A stretch of 33,239 nt of DNA from Prevotella sp. (GTDB lineage Bacteria; Bacteroidota; Bacteroidia; Bacteroidales; Dysgonomonadaceae): positions 1-33,239 of the forward strand of contig JAITVV010000055.1 of assembly GCA_031285625.1 (NCBI GenBank), in the 5' to 3' direction. The first letter of the stretch is position 1; every line of letters begins with the position of its first letter. The translations under genes and the position numbers were made by a program. Shown piece after piece: positions 19,563 through 30,325 of the stretch. The notes below the pieces were generated by a model that was given only the letters and a program-made list of their open reading frames with translations, ran no database searches and was not told where the DNA came from.

Positions 19563-20720
19563 TTAAAATCCTACTTGGAATTGAGCTATTACAACATTCG
19601 AATTATCTGCTCCCCACTTCCTTGAATAATCAGAAAGGGTATAGTTGAGTTGTATACGGCACATCGGTGCAAAGTAGTAGTTGAATCCTACTGTATAATC
19701 GATAACTTCACTGTTGAGATCTTTATTCTTATTGTAGTAATCTACTCTGGCCAAAGCATTTAATTTTTTAGGTACCAGATAATATTGTGCTATACCATAT
19801 ACGCCCTCTTTGCTGATTCCGCCATCGTTAGCTGTAATCCATTCTGCTCGGGCATTAAACCTGTCTGATTTATAGTCGGCGCTAACAACCCAACGGTTGC
19901 GTACATGATCTGCTGCATCTTCGTTACCTATTTGATAAGTGGCTTGTCCGAAGTAAGCTCCGCCACCTATGCGAAGGCCTTTTGCCGGTTGAATCATCAG
20001 TGTTCCGGCGAAGTCTTTAGTATTATTTTTTTCATTTGAGGTTACACCCATTCCTTGGAATACGCCGGCAGAATATTGTATAAGGCTATACCCCCCGGTC
20101 ATAGGAGCTAATTCTCCTGATATCTGAACTCCTGCATCACGTCCAAAATTATTTTTACCATTCTGCAGGTTTTGTACGTCGCTATCGTATCCGGCAAGAT
20201 TAGATATTGTTCTGGAATATGCAGCTGTTTCCAATGTTGCAGGAACATATAAGCTTTCCAGTGTAAATGGAACTTTAAACTGGCCTAGTTTTAAATTAAA
20301 TTCTCTGGCTGCTGTCCATTCTCCCCAGAATTCCTGTACAGACGGGTTTACTAGTTCTAATAAGAACCCATACCTGAAAGAATCATTGAATTTACCATTC
20401 ACGGAGAGGAATAAATTTTTAGCCCTGAAGTCGTGATTAACGCCACTGGCATTTTTTACATCAGAATACCTGTACCATACCTGACCGTTTCCTCCAAATT
20501 GCATATATGGAGTATTGAATGCATTTCTTACTTTTTCTACTGTTTGGCTTACCGAGGATTTTTGTTCTACCTTTTTAGAATCTTTTTTGATTTCGTCTGC
20601 CTCAGATTGTGTGAGTATATTTTTTTCTACAAGCTTTTTTAGAAGCTCACTGTCTGAATCCTGAGCATATGCGATGCTACAAGTAAAGCAAATCATTAAG
20701 GCTATTAGAATTCTTTTCAT
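19563..20720 (-). CDS. Outer-membrane porin (OprO/OprP-like)
   Basis: Signal MKRILIAL...AYAQ (ATG 20720), LVEKNILTQSEA helix, GQFKVPF, GRDAG, terminal QVGF. Confidence 0.75.
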   Translation of the reverse strand: MKRILIALMICFTCSIAYAQDSDSELLKKLVEKNILTQSEADEIKKDSKKVEQKSSVSQTVEKVRNAFNTPYMQFGGNGQVWYRYSDVKNASGVNHDFRAKNLFLSVNGKFNDSFRYGFLLELVNPSVQEFWGEWTAAREFNLKLGQFKVPFTLESLYVPATLETAAYSRTISNLAGYDSDVQNLQNGKNNFGRDAGVQISGELAPMTGGYSLIQYSAGVFQGMGVTSNEKNNTKDFAGTLMIQPAKGLRIGGGAYFGQATYQIGNEDAADHVRNRWVVSADYKSDRFNARAEWITANDGGISKEGVYGIAQYYLVPKKLNALARVDYYNKNKDLNSEVIDYTVGFNYYFAPMCRIQLNYTLSDYSRKWGADNSNVVIAQFQVGF

Positions 20721-20826
20721 AGTTTTAGTTTTTAGTTGTATGTCAAATATTTGCATTGTCAGGAAGACAATAAATATTTAATATTTTTTATCATAATACA
20801 AATAAATGATATATCGCATAAAAAAA

Positions 20827-20844
20827 GTGTAACATAAGTTACAC
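20827..20844. promoter_or_regulatory. Palindromic regulator site upstream of porin-nrf operon
   Basis: GTGTAAC-ATAA-GTTACAC perfect 7-4-7 palindrome. Confidence 0.6.
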
Positions 20845-20898
20845 CTTGCAAAATATTTTAATAAAAAACTAAGTCAAAATTGTTTACTGAATTGATTT

Positions 20899-21600
20899 TT
20901 AGAAAAAATGCTTATTCAGAAATTCCATAAATCTGGCTTTGTAGGATTCTGATATAGGAATGTATTCTTTTCCAAAAACAATACAATTCCGTTCTATTGT
21001 CTTGATCTTATCCAGATTAACAATAAAAGAACGATGTACTCTCATAAAGATTTTACCCGGAAGCTTCTCTTCAAGTGATTGCATACTCATAAGGGAACTG
21101 ATTGGTTCTTTCTGACTTTCGAGATGAAATCTTACATAATCTTTCTGATTTTCAATATAAAGAATATTATCAAAATCAACTTTCTCCATCCTATAGCCCG
21201 ATTTAATGAAGATACTGGTTGTGGATTGGCCTGTATCCGTTAGTTTGAACCATTCCAATGCTTTATTTGCAGCTTGTAGGAAATCTGTATAGTTTATAGG
21301 TTTTAACAAATAATCTAATGCGTTGAGGCGAAAACTTTCTATTGCATACTGGTCATATGCAGTAGTGAAGATAATGCGTGTATTGGATGAGACCATTTTA
21401 GAGAATTCCAGACCATTTATCTGGGGCATGTTTATATCAAGAAATAAGACATCGATATGGTTATCATTGATTGTATTTATAGCCGATAAAGCATTATCAA
21501 ATGTTCCAGCCAATTCAAGAAAAGGAGTTTTCTGTACATAAGACTTCAATAAGTCTATAGCTAACGGTTCGTCATCTATGATTATACATTTTAATGTCAT
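20899..21600 (-). CDS. LytTR family response regulator
   Basis: DDEPLA, FLDINMP, FTTAYD, YLLKP, FMRVHRSFIVN. Confidence 0.95.
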   Translation of the reverse strand: MTLKCIIIDDEPLAIDLLKSYVQKTPFLELAGTFDNALSAINTINDNHIDVLFLDINMPQINGLEFSKMVSSNTRIIFTTAYDQYAIESFRLNALDYLLKPINYTDFLQAANKALEWFKLTDTGQSTTSIFIKSGYRMEKVDFDNILYIENQKDYVRFHLESQKEPISSLMSMQSLEEKLPGKIFMRVHRSFIVNLDKIKTIERNCIVFGKEYIPISESYKARFMEFLNKHFF

Positions 21601-22673
21601 ACAGTTGCTTCGTTTTTATTAAAATCGATCCTAAGTAAAGTAAAAAAACTGTTTGTGCGTTTCTCTACTGTAAACTCATATTTATCCAGATATAATAATT
21701 CCAAGCGTTTAGATAGGTTTGCAAGACCTATCCCTGAATTACGTGCCTCCATATTTTCTTCTTTTTCAACCAGACTGTTTTCTACAGTGCATAACACACC
21801 TTTTCCGGGATCAACCAGTATAGTTATATCTATAAAGCTATTTTCACCATTATTTATACCATGTTTGAATGCATTTTCGATAAGTGTGATAAACATGAGG
21901 GATGCTATAAGATCTTTGCTCCCTGCATCATCTATAGTAATATTTATTTTGACAGAAGAGCTAAGGCGGAGCTTCATTAAGTCGATATAGTTTTTCGTAA
22001 ATTCGAGCTCTTTATCCATCGGGACAAACTTCTGATCATTATCATACATCACATAACGTAAAAGGTTGCTTAACCGATGTACTGCATTTTGCGCTCTATC
22101 CTGATCTATGGCTATTAGTGAATATATATTATTCAGTGTATTGAAAAGAAAGTGAGGGTTAAGCTGACTTCTTAAATTTCGCAGATCGGCTTCTAATTGT
22201 ACACTTTTTACCTTCTCGAAATTAATTGAATCCCTATACCATCGTATTGTCATTTTTATTGCAACACTGAGGCCAATAACAAAAATGATGGACATGTAAT
22301 CTATTAAAAACCGCATAAATGGAGGCCCTTTCGGATGTGGGCCATCCATTTTGAAACGTCTTTCGCGCATTTCCTGTATATTGGGGAGAATAGACATCAT
22401 CATTTCCGATATAACAGCTTGTAGAGCTACCAATCCGGCTATGAGAATTATATTTATAAGAATATAAAGTACTATTTTACGCGTAAATAAGAACTTCTCT
22501 ATCAAATAGAAATAATTAAAATAGAAAAGAATGGCAAATATAACTATGCGTATAAAATAATTATAAAAAGGTTTATTATCTAGTATACCTTCTCTTGACA
22601 TAAGATATGTGGGGACTATCAGTACAATAGCCCAAATAAGTATATGCGGAAATATTTTTATAAAGTTTTTCAT
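21597..22673 (-). CDS. LytS/YehU-type sensor histidine kinase
   Basis: TM helices, SQLNPHFLFNTLNN, ENAFKHG, GIGLAN. Confidence 0.94.
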   Translation of the reverse strand: MKNFIKIFPHILIWAIVLIVPTYLMSREGILDNKPFYNYFIRIVIFAILFYFNYFYLIEKFLFTRKIVLYILINIILIAGLVALQAVISEMMMSILPNIQEMRERRFKMDGPHPKGPPFMRFLIDYMSIIFVIGLSVAIKMTIRWYRDSINFEKVKSVQLEADLRNLRSQLNPHFLFNTLNNIYSLIAIDQDRAQNAVHRLSNLLRYVMYDNDQKFVPMDKELEFTKNYIDLMKLRLSSSVKINITIDDAGSKDLIASLMFITLIENAFKHGINNGENSFIDITILVDPGKGVLCTVENSLVEKEENMEARNSGIGLANLSKRLELLYLDKYEFTVEKRTNSFFTLLRIDFNKNEATV

Positions 22674-22674
22674 C

Positions 22675-23895
22675 TTATTCGTATCTGAGGGCCTCTATAG
22701 GGTCGAGGTTCGACGCCTTTTTAGCAGGGTACCATCCGAAAAATATACCTGTGGCCGTACATACAATAAAAGACAAAGCTATAGTATAAACTTGAATATC
22801 TATAGGCCAAGCCAAAATATTTTTTACAATATATGCACTGCTAATGCCTAAAATTACGCCAATAATACCTCCTGTAATACTCAGGATAATAGCTTCTATA
22901 AGGAATTGCATAAGTATATCCACGCCTTTGGCTCCGATAGACATGCGCAGGCCGATCTCGCGTGTACGTTCGGTAACTGATACATACATGATATTCATAA
23001 TCCCTATACCTCCAACAAATAAAGATATGCCAGCAATACATGCAAGAAGAATAGTCATCATATCCGTTGTGGAGCTCATCATCGATATCAACTCTTTTTG
23101 CGAACGAACATTAAAATCGTCTTCATCATTAGGCCCTATCTTATGACGTTGCCGAAGGATATTTTCTATGCTGGTTATAGCATCTTCGGTAGCATCTTCG
23201 CTTACTGCTGATGCTGATATCGATTGAATATAAGTTATTGCCAGTATACGCTTCTGCACTGTTGTATAAGGTGCTATTATCAGGTCATCCTGGTCCATTC
23301 CCATTGTGTTGTCACCCTTTGATTCCAGTACACCGATTACCTTAAACGGTATTTTGTTGAAACGAATAGTTTGCCCGATAGGGTCTTCTCCGTTTGTAAA
23401 GAGATTGTCTACCACTGTTTGTCCGATAACACATACTTTTGCTGAAGTTTTAACTTCTGCTTCTGTAAACATTTCTCCTTGCGCTATCGCATATTTTCGT
23501 ATTTCGAGATATGATGGATTAACTCCATATACGGAAGTGGGTGAATTATTTGCTCCAAATATGACTTGTCCCGATGATTGTACTTCAGGCGAAGCAACAG
23601 TTATATATTCAGCTTGTTCTATAATAGCTTCATAGTCCTCAAGCTTAAGTGTCTGCATGCTGGATGCACTTTGGCGCACACCTCCAAACTGACCTGTTCC
23701 GGGACGGATATTGATCATATTCGAACCCATAGTGGATATCTGGTCTTGGATGCTCTTTTTCGATCCCTGCCCGATAGCCAACATTGTAATAACAGCAGCA
23801 ACACCAATAATAATACCCAGCATGGTAAGAAATCCTCTGAATTTATTACCACTTAATGCCCGCAGTGCTATTTTGAATAAGTTTACTATATTCAT
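22675..23895 (-). CDS. MacB/FtsX-type ABC permease
   Basis: LTMLGIIIGV, GGIGIMNIM, ERTREIG, LDPIEALRYE. Confidence 0.93.
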   Translation of the reverse strand: MNIVNLFKIALRALSGNKFRGFLTMLGIIIGVAAVITMLAIGQGSKKSIQDQISTMGSNMINIRPGTGQFGGVRQSASSMQTLKLEDYEAIIEQAEYITVASPEVQSSGQVIFGANNSPTSVYGVNPSYLEIRKYAIAQGEMFTEAEVKTSAKVCVIGQTVVDNLFTNGEDPIGQTIRFNKIPFKVIGVLESKGDNTMGMDQDDLIIAPYTTVQKRILAITYIQSISASAVSEDATEDAITSIENILRQRHKIGPNDEDDFNVRSQKELISMMSSTTDMMTILLACIAGISLFVGGIGIMNIMYVSVTERTREIGLRMSIGAKGVDILMQFLIEAIILSITGGIIGVILGISSAYIVKNILAWPIDIQVYTIALSFIVCTATGIFFGWYPAKKASNLDPIEALRYE

Positions 23896-23897
23896 AA

Positions 23898-24638
23898 TTA
23901 TTCTTCCTTTGGTAATTTAGCCAAATAGTCTTTGGCCGACTGAATATTTGCATTTAGTGTATCTTCTTTGATCCGCCCGTCGCGAATAACGATATTGCGA
24001 CTGCTAAATGCTGATATCTCAGGATTGTGAGTGACGAAGATAATAGTGCGTCCTTCTTTATGAAGCCGTTGCATCAATGATAAGATTTCGAAAGATGTAC
24101 GTGTATCCAGATTACCGGTAGCTTCATCAGCCAGAATAATGACAGGCTCGTTTACTAAAGCCCTGGCAATAGCTACACGTTGCATCTGCCCGCCTGACAT
24201 TTGATTTGACTTATGATTCAACCTGTCACCCAAGCCAACGTCTTCCAGCGCTTTTATCGCTCTTTGATGCCGTTCTTTAGAAGAGACATCCGGATTGTAC
24301 ATCAATGGTAATTCTACATTCTCTACGGCTGTTGTTTTGGCTAATAGATTGTATGATTGAAAGATAAATCCTATTTTTCTATTGCGTAGAGTTGCCCTGT
24401 CATTCTTACCCATTTTCCTTACAGAGGTATTATCAAGATAATATTCTCCTTCGGTAGGGGTATCGAGACATCCCAGTATATTTAGTAATGTAGATTTTCC
24501 GGAACCGCTGGTACCCATAATGGTAACAAATTCTCCCTCGTGGATGCTGAAATCGACACCTCGTAGAGCATGAACAGTTTCATCACCAACTATATAATCG
24601 CGTTTCAGATTTTCTACCCTTATTATTTCCTTAACCAT
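23898..24638 (-). CDS. ABC ATP-binding protein (MacB/LolD type)
   Basis: [24 protein letters not shown]. Confidence 0.95.
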   Translation of the reverse strand: MVKEIIRVENLKRDYIVGDETVHALRGVDFSIHEGEFVTIMGTSGSGKSTLLNILGCLDTPTEGEYYLDNTSVRKMGKNDRATLRNRKIGFIFQSYNLLAKTTAVENVELPLMYNPDVSSKERHQRAIKALEDVGLGDRLNHKSNQMSGGQMQRVAIARALVNEPVIILADEATGNLDTRTSFEILSLMQRLHKEGRTIIFVTHNPEISAFSSRNIVIRDGRIKEDTLNANIQSAKDYLAKLPKEE

Positions 24639-24745
24639 GAAATTCTTCTTTGATTCTTAGTCTTACAGGAAAATATATGATGTGCAGAGATATCCATAGA
24701 ACAAACTTATTAACCTATCAATATTTTCCTGAAGACATAAGATTT

Positions 24746-25966
24746 TTATTTCTTTTTGTTACCGCCCGGACGCTGTGGCATAAAAGGGCTTGATTCTCCG
24801 TTTGTTTTTTCTTCCGGCATAGCTCCGTTTGTTTTGGATGAAATACCTGTAACAACTTCTTCACCAATGTTAATACCATTTGTAACGGCTGTATTAATGC
24901 CATCTGTCATACCTACACTTATCAGCTTGGGAGAAATGGTATTGCCTGTTTTAATCCAGATAACCCTTTTGGTTTTATCTTTTACATCAGGATCTTTCGC
25001 AGGTGGTTCGGTTATGGTCAAATCTTTGATTCCTTTTAATATTTCGGGATCAGGATTGAATCTTAGAGCTTTTGACGGAACTAATAATACGTCTTTTTCT
25101 TCCATCGTGTATATATTTACACTGGCTGTAAGTCCGGGTTTAAGTTTCAGATCGGGGTTTGGCGCATCTATAACAACCTCATATGTTACAACATTCGATG
25201 TTGTTGTTGCTTCCAGGCGTACTTGTACAACTTTCCCATTGAACTGATCTTCAGGAAAAGCATCTACTGTAAATGATACACGCTGGCCCTCTTTTACGCC
25301 ACCTATATCAGCCTCATCTACGTTTGCAATCACACGCATTTTAGTCAAATCGTTTGCTATTGTAAACAGGGTAGGAGTACTGAATGATGCTGCAACGGTT
25401 TGTCCTTCTTCTACAGCTCTGGATACAACAACTCCGTCTATTGTAGAGGTAATGGTTGCATATCCCAGATTAGTCTGAGCTTTTAATACAGTAGCTTTAG
25501 ATGATGTAACAGCCAGTTGAGCCGTTTTATATGTAGATTCTGCATTTTCCCAGTCCACTTTACTAATGGCTTGTTTTTCCCAAAGCCCTTTTTGCCTGTC
25601 ATAATTTAGTTTTTGTAAATCGAGTTCTACTTGCCTTGTTTGTAAATTAGCATTTGCATTTTCCAGTTCAGAAGCAAGCAGCCTCTTGTCTAGTTCGGCA
25701 AGTATTTGTCCGGCTTTTACTTCCGAATTATAGTCGACATATATCTTGGATATAACTCCTGATACTTGTGTACCTACTTCAACGAGTGTAATAGGTTCTA
25801 TTGTTCCTGTAGCTGTTACAGCTGTAGACAAGTCACCTTTCTCTATTTTAGCCGTAGTAAGTGCTATGGTTGTACTTTTAGAGCCGGGTAGTAAGAAGTA
25901 TACAATGAGTGCTATGATAAGCATACTTGCTGTAATAATCAGATATCTCTTTAGTTTTTTATTCAT
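24746..25966 (-). CDS. MacA-like efflux periplasmic adaptor
   Basis: ATGTIEP, VGTQVSG, GQTVAAS, VDEADIG, LKPGLTA. Confidence 0.93.
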   Translation of the reverse strand: MNKKLKRYLIITASMLIIALIVYFLLPGSKSTTIALTTAKIEKGDLSTAVTATGTIEPITLVEVGTQVSGVISKIYVDYNSEVKAGQILAELDKRLLASELENANANLQTRQVELDLQKLNYDRQKGLWEKQAISKVDWENAESTYKTAQLAVTSSKATVLKAQTNLGYATITSTIDGVVVSRAVEEGQTVAASFSTPTLFTIANDLTKMRVIANVDEADIGGVKEGQRVSFTVDAFPEDQFNGKVVQVRLEATTTSNVVTYEVVIDAPNPDLKLKPGLTASVNIYTMEEKDVLLVPSKALRFNPDPEILKGIKDLTITEPPAKDPDVKDKTKRVIWIKTGNTISPKLISVGMTDGINTAVTNGINIGEEVVTGISSKTNGAMPEEKTNGESSPFMPQRPGGNKKK

Positions 25967-25977
25967 TTCTCTTTTTC

Positions 25978-27312
25978 TTATAGTGTGATTTCCTGCCCCT
26001 GATAAAAGTTTAATAATTTCAGGCTTAATAATGCTGTATATTTGGCTTGTAACAATGATTGCAATGCATTTGCGTAGTTGTTCTTTTCGGTGGTCAGCTC
26101 TACTGTGTTGCGCATACCTAGTGAATACTGTTCCTGTACCAGTTCGTAGCTCAGCTCAGCTGAATTAACCTGATCTTTTGCTGCCCTGTATTTACTTTGT
26201 CCTGATATTGCATCTTGATAAAGGTTTTCGATCGTCTTAAGCAGAGTTTTTTCTGTATCCATCAGGTTCAATTCGGCATTTTGTATTTCCAGATTTGCTT
26301 TCTTTACATTCGAACTGTTTTGTTTATTATCAAAGATTGGGATACTGACTGTTACTCCAATAGTCTGATTGAAATTCCGTCCTATTTGTGTGGCAAAGGA
26401 TGGTGAATTATTGAATATATTCCCCGTACCAATACTACCGCTAAGGGATACTGTCGGTAAATATCCGGCTTTAGCAGATGCTTTACTTAAGTTAGCTAAT
26501 TGAATGTTTACCTTGCTGTTTGCTACTTCCGGCATTATAACCAATGCCCTTTTATATACTTCATATTTTGAAGGAATAAAAAGGAGGACATCCTCATCAT
26601 TTATCTCAGGAAACTCAATATCTATCTCTTCATCATATTCCAGTTCCAGTAACTGTTTCAATTGAAGTTTATAAGTCTCAAATGAATTTTGCGCTTGTAC
26701 CAGATTATATTTATCAGCACTGTATTGGGCTTCTACCTGGGCATATTCACTACGGGTAATGCTTCCCGCATCCAAAAAATCCTTCGTTTGTTTTAACTGT
26801 GCTTCATCTGTAGCAACGATATTCTCATTATTCTTTATAGATTCTTTGCTGTACAATATCTGCAAATAGGCTTGGGTAATAGCTATTTCCATTTCATTCT
26901 GAATATTTTCCGTATTCAGATCCTGAGCTTCCTTCTGTAACTGAGCTTGTTTTATATCATTCCTATTTTTCCCTCCATTGTATAATGTCCAGTTTGCACT
27001 CAGAGTGTATTGCCCATTAAACAGGCCTTCGTAACGATAATCTCCGTTTCCGTCCGGTGATTGCGAATTAGTATACCGTTGCGATACACTTCCACTTAAA
27101 CTGGGGAATAGGGCAGCCTTAGATTGGGAGATATCCACACTATAGCTCTCGGCTGATATATTGGACTTTTTTACCTGAATATTCTCTTGTCGGGCATAGT
27201 TGATACATTCTCTCAGTGTCCATTTTTTCTGAGAGAAAGCAGTAACCGGCAAGAGTAATCCGGTTACTGCCATTACTAAACCTAACAAACTTTTAGTAAA
27301 ATAAATGCTCAT
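25978..27312 (-). CDS. TolC family outer-membrane channel
   Basis: WTLRECI, two OEP repeats (LFPSLS / YLPTVSL, SIPIFD). Confidence 0.92.
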   Translation of the reverse strand: MSIYFTKSLLGLVMAVTGLLLPVTAFSQKKWTLRECINYARQENIQVKKSNISAESYSVDISQSKAALFPSLSGSVSQRYTNSQSPDGNGDYRYEGLFNGQYTLSANWTLYNGGKNRNDIKQAQLQKEAQDLNTENIQNEMEIAITQAYLQILYSKESIKNNENIVATDEAQLKQTKDFLDAGSITRSEYAQVEAQYSADKYNLVQAQNSFETYKLQLKQLLELEYDEEIDIEFPEINDEDVLLFIPSKYEVYKRALVIMPEVANSKVNIQLANLSKASAKAGYLPTVSLSGSIGTGNIFNNSPSFATQIGRNFNQTIGVTVSIPIFDNKQNSSNVKKANLEIQNAELNLMDTEKTLLKTIENLYQDAISGQSKYRAAKDQVNSAELSYELVQEQYSLGMRNTVELTTEKNNYANALQSLLQAKYTALLSLKLLNFYQGQEITL

Positions 27313-27327
27313 ATTTTTATATCTTTT

Positions 27328-27900
27328 TCAAAACATATCATTGTCGGGCATATCAGGAGCCATATTCTCATTTGGTATTTGAGGTGGCTGTTGTCTGTTC
27401 GCTTTGTTTGGGCGTTCTCCCTGTCTGCCATGTCCTCTGAATTCTATATCTTTTTTCTTTTCAGAAAATATCTGATACTGTTCTTCGGATAATATCGAAC
27501 GATATTTCTTTTCGTATTTTTCTTCTTTTTTTCTGATCTTATCGTCTGTTTTTTCTGCTTTCTCCAAAAGCTTGGCTCTTTCTTTTCCTGCAATACCCGG
27601 ATTATCAGATTCCCTCTTATAGTCTTGTTTCTCTTTTATTAATTTCGAGATATCTTTTTGCTCTTCAGAGATTGCCTTGCTTAGTTTTTCCCGTTGCTCC
27701 AGGGTCAGATCCGGGATGTCGGGCATTCCCATAATCATGAAATCATCCTGATTCCCGCTACGTTGTTGCATCGGTGGTCTACCTTCGCCTCTGCCACCTC
27801 CCCTTGGAGGCCTGTTTCCACCCATTCCGCCACCCATAGGAGGTTGAGCGGCTATATTGCCAGTGATAAGGATGAATATTATAAATAATATTTTTTTCAT
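27328..27900 (-). CDS. Exported Spy/CpxP-like helical protein
   Basis: Signal MKKILFII...AAQ (ATG 27900), Gly/Pro/Arg-rich tails, LTLEQ and LSEEQ (LTxxQ-like) motifs. Confidence 0.6.
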   Translation of the reverse strand: MKKILFIIFILITGNIAAQPPMGGGMGGNRPPRGGGRGEGRPPMQQRSGNQDDFMIMGMPDIPDLTLEQREKLSKAISEEQKDISKLIKEKQDYKRESDNPGIAGKERAKLLEKAEKTDDKIRKKEEKYEKKYRSILSEEQYQIFSEKKKDIEFRGHGRQGERPNKANRQQPPQIPNENMAPDMPDNDMF

Positions 27901-27918
27901 ACATTTTTCTTTTTGTTC

Positions 27919-27926
27919 CAAAATTA
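27919..27926 (-). promoter_or_regulatory. Bacteroidetes -7 promoter element of efflux operon
   Basis: Minus strand TAATTTTG, 18 nt upstream of ATG 27900. Confidence 0.6.
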
Positions 27927-27954
27927 CAGGCAGATGTTTCGTTAAGCAATGATA

Positions 27955-28010
27955 ATCGACAGACAGGGGATTTCTATCGACGGATGGGTATTTTGCAACG
28001 AAAACAGGGC
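27955..28010 (-). promoter_or_regulatory. 21-bp-period direct repeats, candidate LytTR boxes
   Basis: ATCGACAGA (27955), ATCGACGGA (27976), AACGAAAAC (27997). Confidence 0.55.
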
Positions 28011-28171
28011 TTGTTTATTATGTGATATTGTTAATAATGTTACAAATCACTTAACCAAAAAGAGGTATTTTCTTTATTCAACCTTATCAGTTCTGTAGTT
28101 TCTCTGTAACAAAATTGTAAGTGATTTGCATTGTAGAAATTCAAATCAAAATGTGTAAGACAAACTATTCG

Positions 28172-30212
28172 ATGAATAAAAGAAATCATAATCTATTAAA
28201 AGCTTTATTGCTTGTGTTTATACTGTTTTCTGTAAATATAATTTATGCACAGACTATATTAAAAGGAAGCGTAAAGGATGCAAAAACACAGGAGGCACTT
28301 CCGGGTGTTACAGTTTCAGTAAAAAATAGTACAACCGGAACTATCAGCGATGCCGACGGGCATTATGAATTGGCCCTCAGCCCAGGTAAGTATACCATTA
28401 TTACATCCTACATTTCATATCAACCAATGGAGATTACCGATGTAGAAGTAAAAAGGGGAAGTTCATCGACATTGGATATTCCAATGACAGAAGCTTCTCA
28501 GAATCTGAATGATGTAATTATAGTAGCCCGAAAGAATATGGAGTCGGAGATGAATCTGATGGTTGAACGTCAGAGAGCTACTGTAGCTGTAGAAAATCTG
28601 GGTGCAAAGGAAATGTCGAGCAAAGGTTTATCAACAGTAGCAGACGGAATAAAAAAGATTACCGGAATCTCTATGGAAGGAAATACAAAAGTATTTGTAC
28701 GCGGATTAGGAGACAGATATAGTATGACATCACTCAATGGCTTCCCGATTGCCTCGCCAAATCCGGATAACAAGCTGATACCTTTAACACTCTTCCCTAC
28801 GTCGGTTGTTAAGAATGTAACTGTAAGTAAAGTGTATCAGCCATCCGTATTTGGTGATTATTCGGGAGCACACATCGATGTGGAAACAAAAGAGAATATT
28901 GGAAATGACTACATAACTATTGGTATATCTACCGGGGGCAAAACAAATACACTGTTTAAAGACTTTTATGCATCGGATAAGGGTGGAGTAGGTGTTCCCT
29001 TTTTAGGAATATCCAAAGGTATGAACCTTCCGGACAATATAAAGGATATGAAATCCGATGATTTTATCTCTTATTCCCGCTCAAACAACCCTTTCAAGAC
29101 GACTTTTGCTATTGAGAAAAATAAAGGAATGCCTGAACTGGGGTTGGAATTCGGTATTGGCCGCTCATGGAATGTTGGAGGTCAGAAGTTGAATGCCCTC
29201 TTTGCCATAAACTATAATAATGATTATACAATATATGATGATGCATATGTGTCGACGGTAAATGCTCAGGGAGAGGTTCGTAATATGTTCAATTATAATA
29301 AATACAGTTATGAAACCACAATGACCAGCCTGGGACAGGTCAGTTATACTCTGAGGAAGAATGACATTATTTCTTATAATATAATGTATGTAAATAATAC
29401 GGAAGATGATTATACCGAGCGTGACGGATTCGATTCGGAAGGTATAGACCTGAAAGGGAGTAATAGTGTTTATCACATATATACGCTGTTTAACAATCAA
29501 TTAACAGGTAAACATCAGTTTAATAAACTATTTGCAGACTGGCAGGTATCATATGGAAAAACAACCAGTGACGAGCCCGACAGGCGACAGGTCATGTATA
29601 CAAAAAACAGCGATGGTAAGTTATCCCTTTTCAAACTCAACCAGCAGGAAACGATGCGATTTTGGGGTGAGCTATATGAGGATGAGTGGAATGGAGATTT
29701 TAAACTGAAATATAATCTCGATGATAAAGAGACAAGCAATAATTTCATACGCTTAGGAGGATCTTTGAGAAATAAGTCAAGAGATTTCTATTCGAGTAAC
29801 TTTTACTATAATGTAAAGAATCTTGATGTACAGGTTGATAATATATATGATACCGATGAATATCTGAACTACGATAATATAGCAAATGGAACTATCACTG
29901 TAACCAAAAATTCGCTTCCTCGCGACAAATATTTTGCAGGGTCTGATATATATGCTGCATTTATCGATATGGAATATTTTCCGATAGAAAACGTGTTAGT
30001 TGCTGCAGGCGTGCGTTTCGAACATTCTTCGCAGTGGGTTCGCTACTGGACTGACGCCGCTGTAGAGAAGAAAACCACACTTGATGCCAATGATCTTTTC
30101 CCAGCCCTGAATCTAAGATATGGTTTAGACCAAAAACAAAATCTCAGACTGAGCCTCTCCCGTACAATAACACGCCCGTCTTTTATAGAAATGGCTCCGT
30201 TTGAATATAAAG
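28172..30212 (+). pseudogene. TonB-dependent receptor truncated by IS110 insertion
   Basis: Signal MNKRNH...IYAQ, CarboxypepD_reg-like domain, plug VRGLGDRY; barrel stops after RPSFIEMAPFEYK with no terminal aromatic strand; last 10 aa come from the IS. Confidence 0.85.
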
Positions 30213-30325
30213 TTCCTATGTTTAAAATCGGAAGCGATGGATAGATAGCAAAAATATAAGCTATAAGTTTTAGTTAATTTTGGTAATGGAGATTACTTAC
30301 TTATTAACTTGAAACAATATAGCTT

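Noticed and set aside
24718-24903. 61-aa ORF overlapping the adaptor end
   Set aside because: Alternate-frame overlap without coding features; the gap is better explained by a hairpin
27901-27921. Extended TTG start from the ORF track
   Set aside because: Overlaps the -7 promoter box; the signal peptide begins at ATG 27900. Shorter starts likewise preferred at 20720, 28172 and 32191
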